Part shown: positions 1-7,447 of the stretch, piece after piece
How positions within the stretch are numbered: the stretch's first letter is position 1
Layout of the letters: each line of letters opens with the position of its first letter
From: a virus
DNA length: 64,000 nt
Virus record (IMG/VR): IMGVR_UViG_3300045988_138147
Strand: one strand, 5' to 3'
Notes under the pieces: generated by a model
Databases searched by the model: none
What the model was told of the DNA's origin: nothing
What the model saw: the letters and a program-made list of their open reading frames with translations, nothing else
Program-made: the position numbers and the translations under genes

Positions 1-238
1 CCTCTATCACCAGCCGTGGCAGCACCTCTATCACCAGCCGTGGCAGCACCTCTATCACCAGCCGTGGCAGCACCTCTATCACCAGCCGTGGCAGCACCAC
101 TATCACCAGCCGTGGCAGCACCATACTCACCAGCCGTGGCAGCACCTCTATCACCAGCCGTGGCAGCACCTCTATCACCAGCCGTGGCAGCACCTCTATC
201 ACCAGCCGTGGCAGCACCATACTCACCAGCCGTGGCAG
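1..238. repeat. 24-bp tandem repeat, about 10 units (cctctatcaccagccgtggcagca; variants ccactatc / ccatactc)
   Basis: Read directly. The period is a multiple of 3 and lies inside the minus-strand ORF, encoding GAATAG(D/E)(R/Y/S) octapeptide repeats. Confidence 0.95.
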
Positions 239-587
239 GTTTTCCCGGTTCCGCATTACACTCGTTAGTACACCGTTCCTTGACAAAAGATACAGCTGCT
301 TTCACAAACCCCCTTATATCAAGCTCAGCACCTATTCTAATTTTTGAAGAACAAACCTTGTCACTTTCTGAATCGTCTATTTTACCGCTCTGTTCAACCT
401 CACAAAACCTTGACCCGGCTGGCACATAGTAACCAAAAACATCCAGAGGGTAAGGACATGCATGAAAACCTTTCTCACATGCCTTTATGTCGCCTGTTTC
501 TTCATACTCCTTACCTACCTCATACTTAAACCCTCTACAAGATAAATCTTTATCAAATGCTTTATAAGTCTTTAATTTCTGTTCCAT
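1..587 (-). CDS. repeat-containing phage protein, C-terminus beyond the window edge (DUF7666-like N-domain plus octapeptide repeats)
   Basis: Hand translation from ATG at 587: MEQKLKTYKAFDKDLSCRGFKYEVGKEYEETGDIKACEKGFHACPYPLDVFGYYVPAGSRFCEVEQSGK...PATAGEYGAATAGDRGAATAGDRG. The frame is open to position 1. It is absent from the ORF track because no stop lies in the window. Family name is from memory. Confidence 0.75.
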   Translation of the reverse strand, partial: MEQKLKTYKAFDKDLSCRGFKYEVGKEYEETGDIKACEKGFHACPYPLDVFGYYVPAGSRFCEVEQSGKIDDSESDKVCSSKIRIGAELDIRGFVKAAVSFVKERCTNECNAEPGKPATAGEYGAATAGDRGAATAGDRGAATAGDRGAATAGEYGAATAGDSGAATAGDRGAATAGDRGAATAGDRGAATAGDR

Positions 588-629
588 GATATTGTTTATT
601 TGTTGTTATTTTGATATTTTGATTATTTT

Positions 630-809
630 TTATTCAAAGATCGGGCATTTTCTTCTGCCCAACAGATGTATTCCATGAAGCCTGTAGCATGGCTTTTCGG
701 GAATCGAATCGTATTTACGATATATGGCACAACGGCGGCAGATGCGATGTATACTGTATTTCCCTTTTGCGCCGTAACATACCACAGGATAACCGTCAGC
801 AGTTTTCAT
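630..809 (-). CDS. small Cys/His-rich protein (59 aa)
   Basis: Hand translation: MKTADGYPVVCYGAKGKYSIHRICRRCAIYRKYDSIPEKPCYRLHGIHLLGRRKCPIFE. ATGA start/stop overlap with the upstream gene (806..1192). One codon below the ORF-track cutoff. Confidence 0.5.
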   Translation of the reverse strand: MKTADGYPVVCYGAKGKYSIHRICRRCAIYRKYDSIPEKPCYRLHGIHLLGRRKCPIFE

Positions 810-1192
810 GATTTTCTAAACAAATGACTGAACGCATTATCCAAATCCAGGTCCAAATTCAGTTTGGACGGGAAAGATTTAATGTATTCGTACATCTTAT
901 AAGCGAGGTTGTCATCATCACCGCATCTGTCAATCAGTGTGAGTAACATAGCATTCACCATGTCAGAATCATTGCCGAAGTTTTCCTGAGTGGATTCACT
1001 GCAATGATTCACATCACTTTTCAATCTCTTTATCGCGGCTATGGCTGTGTTGAAGTTTCTTTTTGGATCGTGTCTGAGTTCAAAGCCTTCCTTCTTGTAT
1101 TTCTGCTGCATTTCAAGAAGGTTGGTTTCTAAAACGTCCGTGAGGACAAATACGATGTTGGTTATCGTATTCAGTTTGTCTGTTCCTTGCAT
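806..1192 (-). CDS. hypothetical early protein (128 aa)
   Basis: ORF track. Co-oriented and tightly packed in the minus-strand operon. Confidence 0.7.
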   Translation of the reverse strand: MQGTDKLNTITNIVFVLTDVLETNLLEMQQKYKKEGFELRHDPKRNFNTAIAAIKRLKSDVNHCSESTQENFGNDSDMVNAMLLTLIDRCGDDDNLAYKMYEYIKSFPSKLNLDLDLDNAFSHLFRKS

Positions 1193-1272
1193 GATCGTGT
1201 ATTTTTTATCAATTATTTTATTTGATACAACCTATTTTAAAGCCGTATAATGAATTTTCCTGCATGAAAGTA

Positions 1273-1455
1273 TCAACTACAGGCTTTCTTGTTGAAAATC
1301 TTGTCACGGGGCTGGAAATGCTGTCTATCGTTTTCTTTCTTCGCCCTGTCAATCCATCTTTGGAATTTGGCGGCTACAAGAGGACAGTGGATGCGTAGGT
1401 TCCTGTCGCGTTCCGCTTCCCATTCACGTATCTTTGTCTGCATCTCGGTATTCAT
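1273..1455 (-). CDS. hypothetical small protein (60 aa)
   Basis: ORF track. AAGGAG-like motif 8 nt upstream of the ATG at 1455. Confidence 0.6.
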   Translation of the reverse strand: MNTEMQTKIREWEAERDRNLRIHCPLVAAKFQRWIDRAKKENDRQHFQPRDKIFNKKACS

Positions 1456-1473
1456 AAATTTCTCCTTTTTTCG

Positions 1474-1641
1474 TTATGATTCTTTCTTTTGAAAACTGTT
1501 ACAAATTTGCCCGTATCTGTCACAGGCGCACACTCTATGCCCTTTGGCCCTGCAATACGCAGAATTGTCCCCGAAGTCCGAAGCATTCTTGCAGTTCCGG
1601 CATTTGACATATACAATTTCCGGTTTGACTTTCTTTGCCAT
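1474..1641 (-). CDS. small Cys-rich (zinc-ribbon-like) protein (55 aa)
   Basis: Hand translation: MAKKVKPEIVYVKCRNCKNASDFGDNSAYCRAKGHRVCACDRYGQICNSFQKKES. CxxC plus further Cys pairs. Fills the gap between dnaB and the next ORF. Confidence 0.55.
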   Translation of the reverse strand: MAKKVKPEIVYVKCRNCKNASDFGDNSAYCRAKGHRVCACDRYGQICNSFQKKES

Positions 1642-1643
1642 AT

Positions 1644-3017
1644 TTAAAATGGATTGTTATCCTCTTCAGTGCTATTACTTGATATGGGAATAATGTTCAA
1701 GTCGTAAAAGTGAGTAGATGCGGCATTGAAACCACAGATAAACTTCAATAGCCCTATATTCCTGCCTTTAGCTATATCAATCATGGCAGTTCCTTTTGTG
1801 TCCACGTCTGAAAACTCATCAGGATAACGTTTCCCTTTTACCTCGGGGCGATAAATCAGCATGACTATATCTGCTGCTTCCGCTATCTGTCCACTATCCC
1901 TTAACCTTGCCAATGTAGGTACAGGGTTAAGATTATCCCTATTCATCTGTGACAATGCAATAATCCATATATCCAAATCCTTTGCCAGATTCTTCAGCCT
2001 TCTTGCAACCTCTCCCATCTGCTGTTCTTTGTTGCTTCCCTTCATGTTAACATTCAAAATCTGTAAATAATCAACCACAGCCCCGTCTATCCCATTTTTT
2101 AATTTCATTTGACGGATTGAGGATATTATCGTGTCGATATTGGACGTGCTCCTGTCATCGAAATAGATTTGCATTTTTGATACAGTATCCACAGCTCGGT
2201 CTACATTTTCCAACTGCATACCGGAAAGCGGTGAGTAAAGTATAACATTTGAAGGAATACCACTTATCATTGAAATGATTCTAGACGTAATCTGTTCCTT
2301 CTTCATCTCCATTGAATACATGGCTATCTTAGCACCTGCTATTGCAGCGTTTTTCATCATGCTTACAGCAAGGCTAGTTTTTCCTTGGCTTGTTTCACCC
2401 GCAATTATTATCAGGTCTGATTTTTGAAGCCCGCCTGTTTTCCCGTCTATCTTGTCAAATCCGGTCGGTGTACCTGTCAATTCTGTTTTTCCCGACATGT
2501 TGCGGTTTATCGTTTCATACACGGATTCTATGCTTTCCTTGACTGTGCTGATAGAATTACAATTGGATGAGAACAGATTAGCAAGCTGGTCTGACACTTT
2601 TTGCACGACATCGGCAATATCTTCCTTCTCATTAAAAGCGTTACTGTCAAGATAACTCCCAATATCAAAAAAACGTCTTCGTATCATCAGATCATGAAGT
2701 CTGCACGCATATTGATACAGATCGAATGTGTACATTCCTGAAATCTTTACCAGCTCATATAAACTAAAGTCCGGATAGGAGAACTCCAGTTTTGATTTCA
2801 CACTGACAGCATCGGCCCTTCCTCCGGAATCTGTTATCTCCAATACAGTCCTGTATATCTGTTTGTGAAAATCGTTATAGAAACAATTTTCAGTAAGGAT
2901 ATCCCTCACTTCGTAAATGGTATCTCTCTCGCTTAGAATGGTCCCAAGAACACGTTTCTCACATTCTTCATCTCTTGGTAATATACGCATTCCACTCGGT
3001 ATTATTTCATTTTTCAT
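1644..3017 (-). CDS. dnaB: replicative DNA helicase, DnaB family
   Basis: 457 aa. Walker A in GTPTGFDKIDGKTGGLQKSDLIIIAGETSQGKTSLAVSMM. C-terminal RDSGQIAEAADIVMLIYRPE motif typical of DnaB. Confidence 0.93.
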   Translation of the reverse strand: MKNEIIPSGMRILPRDEECEKRVLGTILSERDTIYEVRDILTENCFYNDFHKQIYRTVLEITDSGGRADAVSVKSKLEFSYPDFSLYELVKISGMYTFDLYQYACRLHDLMIRRRFFDIGSYLDSNAFNEKEDIADVVQKVSDQLANLFSSNCNSISTVKESIESVYETINRNMSGKTELTGTPTGFDKIDGKTGGLQKSDLIIIAGETSQGKTSLAVSMMKNAAIAGAKIAMYSMEMKKEQITSRIISMISGIPSNVILYSPLSGMQLENVDRAVDTVSKMQIYFDDRSTSNIDTIISSIRQMKLKNGIDGAVVDYLQILNVNMKGSNKEQQMGEVARRLKNLAKDLDIWIIALSQMNRDNLNPVPTLARLRDSGQIAEAADIVMLIYRPEVKGKRYPDEFSDVDTKGTAMIDIAKGRNIGLLKFICGFNAASTHFYDLNIIPISSNSTEEDNNPF

Positions 3018-4092
3018 CTTTCATAAACTCAAATTGTTTTAAAACAGCGTTATACAAAACATCCCATTTGGAACGGATGTCTACTCTGCCTTCAATTGTG
3101 CATAATGCGTTTTTAAACATATCGTTCCCATATTTGTCTCGTAAAAGCAAAAACTCTTCTTCCGTAGGCAATCGCATATTGGAAAAACAATACGGTGCTT
3201 GTTTCTTGATATACGACAGGAATTTGTGATATGTCTTGTTGCATTCGGAAGATTTCAGCAAAGCATCATTCGTATCCTGAAACAAATTTGTAGCCCCTCT
3301 TTTTATCTCAGTCAATATCCAGTTTCTGAAATGCTCCATAAAGCCTTTCCTGTCTTTCGAGATAGTTCCTCCGGCTTTTAGGCTTATCACGAACTTGTCA
3401 AGCCATAGAAGAAACATATCATGGTCGAAAACCTTTATCCCGTTACGGTACAAATGAAGCCTTATTGCTTCTTCCCATCCGCTATCTGCTGACAGCTCAT
3501 GTTGCAATTCACTGAGGGGTATATCACAACTTCCAAAATCAGAACCCATTTTTTCTTTTACTCTATTTATAGAGTTTTCTTTATTATTTCCTTTTCTTTT
3601 CTTTTGTGTACTTTTCGCGGAGTTTATAGGCTTTTTCTCGGAGGAAATGCCTATTTCTTCGGAGGAAATGCCTATTTCTTCGGAGGAAATGCCTATTTCT
3701 TCGGAGGAAATAAGTCCAAATTCATCAAATTGACATACACGTCTCAACTGGTCACAAATACTCTTATAACGTTCCTGAATCCCCTTCGATGTAATTACTT
3801 TGTCAGAATCATACAGTTTTTTAGAAAACAACCCGACTATCAGGCAGCATTTAAAGACTTCCTGTATATACGCCTCTTCAAACCCGGTTTGTTCCGAGAT
3901 AATAAAGGGCAACTCATCATCCCACCTCACGTAGTACCCTTGTTTGTAGATAATACATAGCAGGAGAGCATATACAGTTACAGCTTTACCGCCTTGATAC
4001 TTGATTAGTTTTCTAATGCGTATATCCTGAAAGAAATCCACGTCCATAGGGAAATAATCAAGTCCTAATTTTCTATTTCTTCCCATGACCAC
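3007..4092 (-). CDS. phage replication initiation / helicase-loading protein with DUF4373-type N-domain
   Basis: N-terminus GLDYFPMDVDFFQDIRIRKLIKYQGGKAVTVYALLLCIIYKQGYY matches the Lin1244/DUF4373 pattern (from memory). Sits directly upstream of dnaB with an 11-nt overlap. Confidence 0.75.
   Translation of the reverse strand: MVMGRNRKLGLDYFPMDVDFFQDIRIRKLIKYQGGKAVTVYALLLCIIYKQGYYVRWDDELPFIISEQTGFEEAYIQEVFKCCLIVGLFSKKLYDSDKVITSKGIQERYKSICDQLRRVCQFDEFGLISSEEIGISSEEIGISSEEIGISSEKKPINSAKSTQKKRKGNNKENSINRVKEKMGSDFGSCDIPLSELQHELSADSGWEEAIRLHLYRNGIKVFDHDMFLLWLDKFVISLKAGGTISKDRKGFMEHFRNWILTEIKRGATNLFQDTNDALLKSSECNKTYHKFLSYIKKQAPYCFSNMRLPTEEEFLLLRDKYGNDMFKNALCTIEGRVDIRSKWDVLYNAVLKQFEFMKDEK
3639..3711. 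repeat. 21-bp tandem repeat, 3.5 units (cggaggaaatgcctatttctt)
   Basis: Read directly. Encodes (ISSEEIG)x3 in the linker of the replication protein. Confidence 0.95.
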
Positions 4093-4256
4093 TTTTCATT
4101 ATTCCAATTAAATAAAGCAAATTGACTTCCCCACTTTTAGGGCATTTAGGTATATGTTCTATTTCATTCATTATTTCTCCTATTGTTTTCATGATTTATG
4201 ATATAAGAGGTGTGGCAGCCTTGTATAAGGCTACCAACACTTGGTTAATTATATTT

Positions 4257-4448
4257 TTATCTTATTTTGGTTATTTCCTCGTGTATGATGTACAGCGTGC
4301 CTACATCATCTTTAAACTGCCCAAATGATTCTTCGTCAACAATGGAAGCGTAGTTAAAGAGTAATTGCACGATATTCTTTGCTAATTCCTCAGGGGTAAT
4401 AAAATTGTTTAGCATCTCATTGAATGAAGTGAAGTCGTACTGTTTCAT
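4257..4448 (-). CDS. hypothetical small protein (63 aa from MKQYDFTSF)
   Basis: ORF track 4257..4481. The internal ATG at 4448 gives an ATGA overlap with the stop of the upstream ORF. Confidence 0.55.
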   Translation of the reverse strand: MKQYDFTSFNEMLNNFITPEELAKNIVQLLFNYASIVDEESFGQFKDDVGTLYIIHEEITKIR

Positions 4449-4627
4449 AGAAGACCTCCTTTCTTCACTGAGATAAAGCACAATAAAAAGGGAATTATAA
4501 ACAAGATAGGGTTAATGATAGTGAGTACTAGCATTAATAACATGAAAATGGCTTTTACGTTAGCCGATAACGTAGATGTAGAAGTTACTGTACTTCGCTT
4601 CTGCTCTAATTTCATGGAGTTTGGCAT
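4445..4627 (-). CDS. small membrane protein (60 aa)
   Basis: Hydrophobic stretch AIFMLLMLVLTIINPILFIIPFLLCFI. First ORF after the internal promoter box. Confidence 0.5.
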   Translation of the reverse strand: MPNSMKLEQKRSTVTSTSTLSANVKAIFMLLMLVLTIINPILFIIPFLLCFISVKKGGLL

Positions 4628-4826
4628 ACGATGAAATTTGAGTTATGTATAAAAGGAAAGCCGTTAGCCTCCCAAAGTCGCCAAACTCCGACTAAATTCG
4701 CATAACGAAAGCAGTCCGTAGGGAAAACTAACGGCTATATCTTTGCGATAAAAGCTGTCAAGTAGATATAAAAATATCCACTTTCGATATGCTATATAAA
4801 ATCAAAGTTTGGCGAACTTTTCACCG

Positions 4827-4834
4827 CAAAGATA
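4827..4834 (-). promoter_or_regulatory. Bacteroides-type -7 box TAtcTTTG (minus strand)
   Basis: Plus strand reads caaagata, the reverse complement of TATCTTTG. Lies in the 237-bp intergenic gap upstream of the 4627 start. Confidence 0.45.
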
Positions 4835-4864
4835 CAACTCAAATTCAAAACACCAAAATAAAAT

Positions 4865-5272
4865 TCAAATATCTTTCAAATAATTATCCACCACTTTAAT
4901 AAACTCGTCCAATGATCGGACAACAACGTACTTGTTACCATTCGCCTCACATTCCTTTTGCCATTCTTTTTGTACCGGCCTTTGGTATTCTCCAGGCTTT
5001 TTCATTTCCACACACAAAGCTCCATAGAAGCGGTTGCTCTTTAGAAGTATCAAATCTGCAACTCCGGGAAGCATACCTTCATCTTTCATATAAGCACCAT
5101 TCCTTGCAGAACGTCTTGCCGCATTAGGAACAGCAAACAACATATTCCTGAGATGGGGATATTTTAAACGGAAATATTTAACACAAGAACATTGTATTTT
5201 ATGCTCTTCATTTTTGGGCTTACTACGGCTGCTTGCCACACAAGCCTTGGATTTCATCTCTTCGTATGTCAT
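4865..5272 (-). CDS. VRR-NUC domain nuclease
   Basis: GVADLILLKSNRFYGALCVEMKKPGEYQRPVQKEWQKECEANGNKYVVVRSLDEF fits the PD-(D/E)xK VRR-NUC pattern (D..E.K, Q..W). Confidence 0.8.
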   Translation of the reverse strand: MTYEEMKSKACVASSRSKPKNEEHKIQCSCVKYFRLKYPHLRNMLFAVPNAARRSARNGAYMKDEGMLPGVADLILLKSNRFYGALCVEMKKPGEYQRPVQKEWQKECEANGNKYVVVRSLDEFIKVVDNYLKDI

Positions 5273-5284
5273 AGTTTTATTTCT

Positions 5285-5554
5285 TTATGTAGTATGGCAT
5301 TGTTTCAACAATTTATTTATCTCTCTTATTTCTATCTTCTTCCGACGAATAGAGACGGTTAAATCATGAACTTTTTTATCGTTGCTTACTATAGCAAGTC
5401 TTTCTCTATAAACCTCTATTTTATCAAATATAGAATCTCTTAGATTTTGCAATTCTTCTTTTGACAGACCTATTATTTTATCTTTAAAAGTATCTGCGTA
5501 TGTCTTCATAATTTTCCTAATTAAAAGACCCGAAGCGTATTCTCCGGGGCACAA
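5285..5554 (-). CDS. hypothetical coiled-coil protein (likely start MKTYADTF at 5509)
   Basis: ORF track. Confidence 0.6.
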   Translation of the reverse strand: MCPGEYASGLLIRKIMKTYADTFKDKIIGLSKEELQNLRDSIFDKIEVYRERLAIVSNDKKVHDLTVSIRRKKIEIREINKLLKQCHTT

Positions 5555-5600
5555 CCATTATTTATTAACCCATGCCATTGATGTGTGGCTCACATTTATG

Positions 5601-5764
5601 TGGAGATGGGGCGATTCGAACACCCAATTAAGGACTTATCCTTTTGCGCTACTTCTAAGGTTAATTACTCCTTATATCTCACGTACCGTACTTTCTACCA
5701 TGTGCACCTCTCGAAAGTCAAAAGCACTCCACTGCGCACCCCCATTTTCGCCCGCCCCATCTTC
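5601..5764 (-). ncRNA. tRNA-like structured element (~164 nt): T-arm plus acceptor-like closing stem, not a canonical tRNA
   Basis: Minus strand ends ...GGGTGTTCGAATCGCCCCATCTCCA (T-stem GGGTG/CGCCC, T-loop TTCGAAT). The 5' end GAAGATGGGGCG pairs with CGCCCCATCT(C)C. The region is ORF-free on the coding strand. Confidence 0.4.
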
Positions 5765-5895
5765 ACAGACCGGACAGGCAGGTTAACAAAAGATTCAATC
5801 AAAATTGAAATTATCTTCATCATCCGGTTCTTCATCCGGCAGGTCATTACCGAAGTCCATAGGAATAAACCAGTCTGAAATAAACTCTTCCATAA

Positions 5896-6303
5896 CTAAA
5901 TCAAATCAATTATTTTGGTTTTAACAATCGCATCCAATCTCATATCAGACAAACCTTGTGAAAGGTGTTGTTCCATCAAAGTGTTTGCCTCCTTTAAATC
6001 TTTTGCACAAACCAAATTATAGTATTTCAATTCTTTCTCATTGCCGTTCTCATCAATCTGAATATCTACAATGGTAGCCTTGAAGAATGGTTTGTCTTCT
6101 GTCTTTTCGTTGATTATCTCAATGATGTTTGAACGTGAAATGGAGAAGACATCAGATTCCATATTATCAGATGCGTACTGTTCAAGCCCTTTGGCTTCCG
6201 CTTCTGCAAAAAGTGAGCAGTCTGTAATGAAGTGTTCTTTTACTTCTTTTTCAAGACCGTCCTTGTTAGGTTTCATTACCTTTAACTTTACCTCGTAATA
6301 CAT
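5896..6303 (-). CDS. hypothetical protein, DUF4494-like
   Basis: MYYEVKLKVMKPNKDGLEKEVKEHFITDCSLFAEAEAKG resembles the DUF4494 N-terminal pattern (from memory). Confidence 0.6.
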   Translation of the reverse strand: MYYEVKLKVMKPNKDGLEKEVKEHFITDCSLFAEAEAKGLEQYASDNMESDVFSISRSNIIEIINEKTEDKPFFKATIVDIQIDENGNEKELKYYNLVCAKDLKEANTLMEQHLSQGLSDMRLDAIVKTKIIDLI

Positions 6304-6304
6304 A

Positions 6305-6526
6305 TTATTCCTCCTTTGTCTTGTTACGTTCCTTAATCATCGCATCAGCTATCTGATAAGCTGATTTAGCCTGTCCTTCATAGTAGTAGTTTGTAACACT
6401 AGCTTCTTTGGACGGGAAAAACAATGTTACAACTCTATTCCATAAAGTTCTTCTGCGTTTTGCTGTCATCATCATACACTTCATCGCTTCAAGCGCAATA
6501 TGATCTCGTGATATGTTGCTTTCCAT
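6305..6526 (-). CDS. hypothetical protein (73 aa)
   Basis: ORF track. Packed within the operon. Confidence 0.6.
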   Translation of the reverse strand: MESNISRDHIALEAMKCMMMTAKRRRTLWNRVVTLFFPSKEASVTNYYYEGQAKSAYQIADAMIKERNKTKEE

Positions 6527-6530
6527 AATT

Positions 6531-6692
6531 TTATTGCTTTAATTGATTAATAACTTGTCTTTTGATTTTCTTGTACAGCTTCCCGACAAAACGTCCATGC
6601 TTCTCTGTCACGTCATCGGGCAAGTCGTTTTTATAAATATGAAGAAGTAACTGAATGAGAAGCACTTCTTGTTTTGTCAAAGTAAGTTTCAT
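6531..6692 (-). CDS. hypothetical small protein (53 aa)
   Basis: Hand translation: MKLTLTKQEVLLIQLLLHIYKNDLPDDVTEKHGRFVGKLYKKIKRQVINQLKQ. Exactly fills the gap between neighbouring ORFs. Confidence 0.5.
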   Translation of the reverse strand: MKLTLTKQEVLLIQLLLHIYKNDLPDDVTEKHGRFVGKLYKKIKRQVINQLKQ

Positions 6693-6695
6693 TTT

Positions 6696-7130
6696 TTAAA
6701 GATATTTACTCATTCTATCAACCTCTATTTGGGCTAATTGTAACAGGGATTCTTCATTAGGGGCAGGAAGATATACAGGGAATACATCATTCATAACCGA
6801 CCAGTTTCTCCATTTCTCAACAGATAAGGACATTTCTTTTGTATCGAGTTCGTATGTGTGCCTGACATATATTGTCTTTATACCAGCTATTTCTTTCTCT
6901 ACAAAATAAATGTCCTTGTTTACTTCCTTGTATATGAACTCTGCTTCGTCCTTTGTATATCCAGTTTGTGTAGCCCAATATTCAATAAGAAGCCATAAGT
7001 ATTTGTTCTGATTTAAAGATCTTTGCGGTTTCTTTTCCGTCAGTTCAAATACCTTCTGTTCCTTTATCAACTTCTCCAGCTTCGCTCTTGCCTGCTGGAC
7101 GTGGAGAGGATTGGAACCATCGTATTTCAT
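6696..7130 (-). CDS. NinB/Orf-like recombination mediator
   Basis: RSLNQNKYLWLLIEYWA resembles the lambda NinB motif RSLDQNRKLWA. Lies in the recombination module. Confidence 0.55.
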   Translation of the reverse strand: MKYDGSNPLHVQQARAKLEKLIKEQKVFELTEKKPQRSLNQNKYLWLLIEYWATQTGYTKDEAEFIYKEVNKDIYFVEKEIAGIKTIYVRHTYELDTKEMSLSVEKWRNWSVMNDVFPVYLPAPNEESLLQLAQIEVDRMSKYL

Positions 7131-7447
7131 CAGAAGGGCAAATCTAGATCATCATCCTGGGAAACACTCGGAGCAGCTTCTACTTCTGTGGAAGATGGAT
7201 ATTTATTAGAATCAACAGTTTCTGATAAATCTGCTATGATGTATCTTACACCCTCTTTTCTCTCTTCTTTCTTAGGAGCGCAACTCATAAAATGAGTATA
7301 AGTAATATCTCCAAATGTAGCAGGTTCTTTCCGCTTGAAGATTGCGAAGTTTAAAAAACATCTTTCCTTACCATCTTTACACTTTACTTTCTTTATTAAT
7401 TCCTTTGGAATGTCTGATAAACAAATACTTCCTCTTAACATAATCAA
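7130..7447 (-). CDS. putative ssDNA-binding / SSB-interactome protein with SSB-type acidic tip
   Basis: C-terminus ...SQDDDLDLPF mimics the bacterial SSB tip DDDIPF. Lies between the exonuclease/annealase genes and the NinB-like gene. Confidence 0.45.
   Translation of the reverse strand: MIMLRGSICLSDIPKELIKKVKCKDGKERCFLNFAIFKRKEPATFGDITYTHFMSCAPKKEERKEGVRYIIADLSETVDSNKYPSSTEVEAAPSVSQDDDLDLPF

Noticed and set aside
1-238. Possible CRISPR array
   Set aside because: The units are contiguous 24-mers with no spacers and lie in frame within a coding sequence.
16-429. 137-aa plus-strand ORF with AAPLSPAV repeats
   Set aside because: It is the antisense reading of the 24-bp repeat. The minus strand carries a continuous ORF with a convincing N-terminal domain and a start at 587, co-oriented with the whole operon.
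5601-5764. tmRNA gene
   Set aside because: It is only about 164 nt. It lacks a G3:U70-type acceptor pair, has no recognisable resume codon or alanine-rich tag ORF, and has no pseudoknot-sized body. It is kept only as a generic tRNA-like element.
5795-5893. 32-codon acidic micro-ORF (MEEFISDWFIPMDFGNDLPDEEPDDEDNFNFD) on the minus strand
   Set aside because: It fits the gap and is strikingly acidic, but it is too short to support without conservation or expression data.
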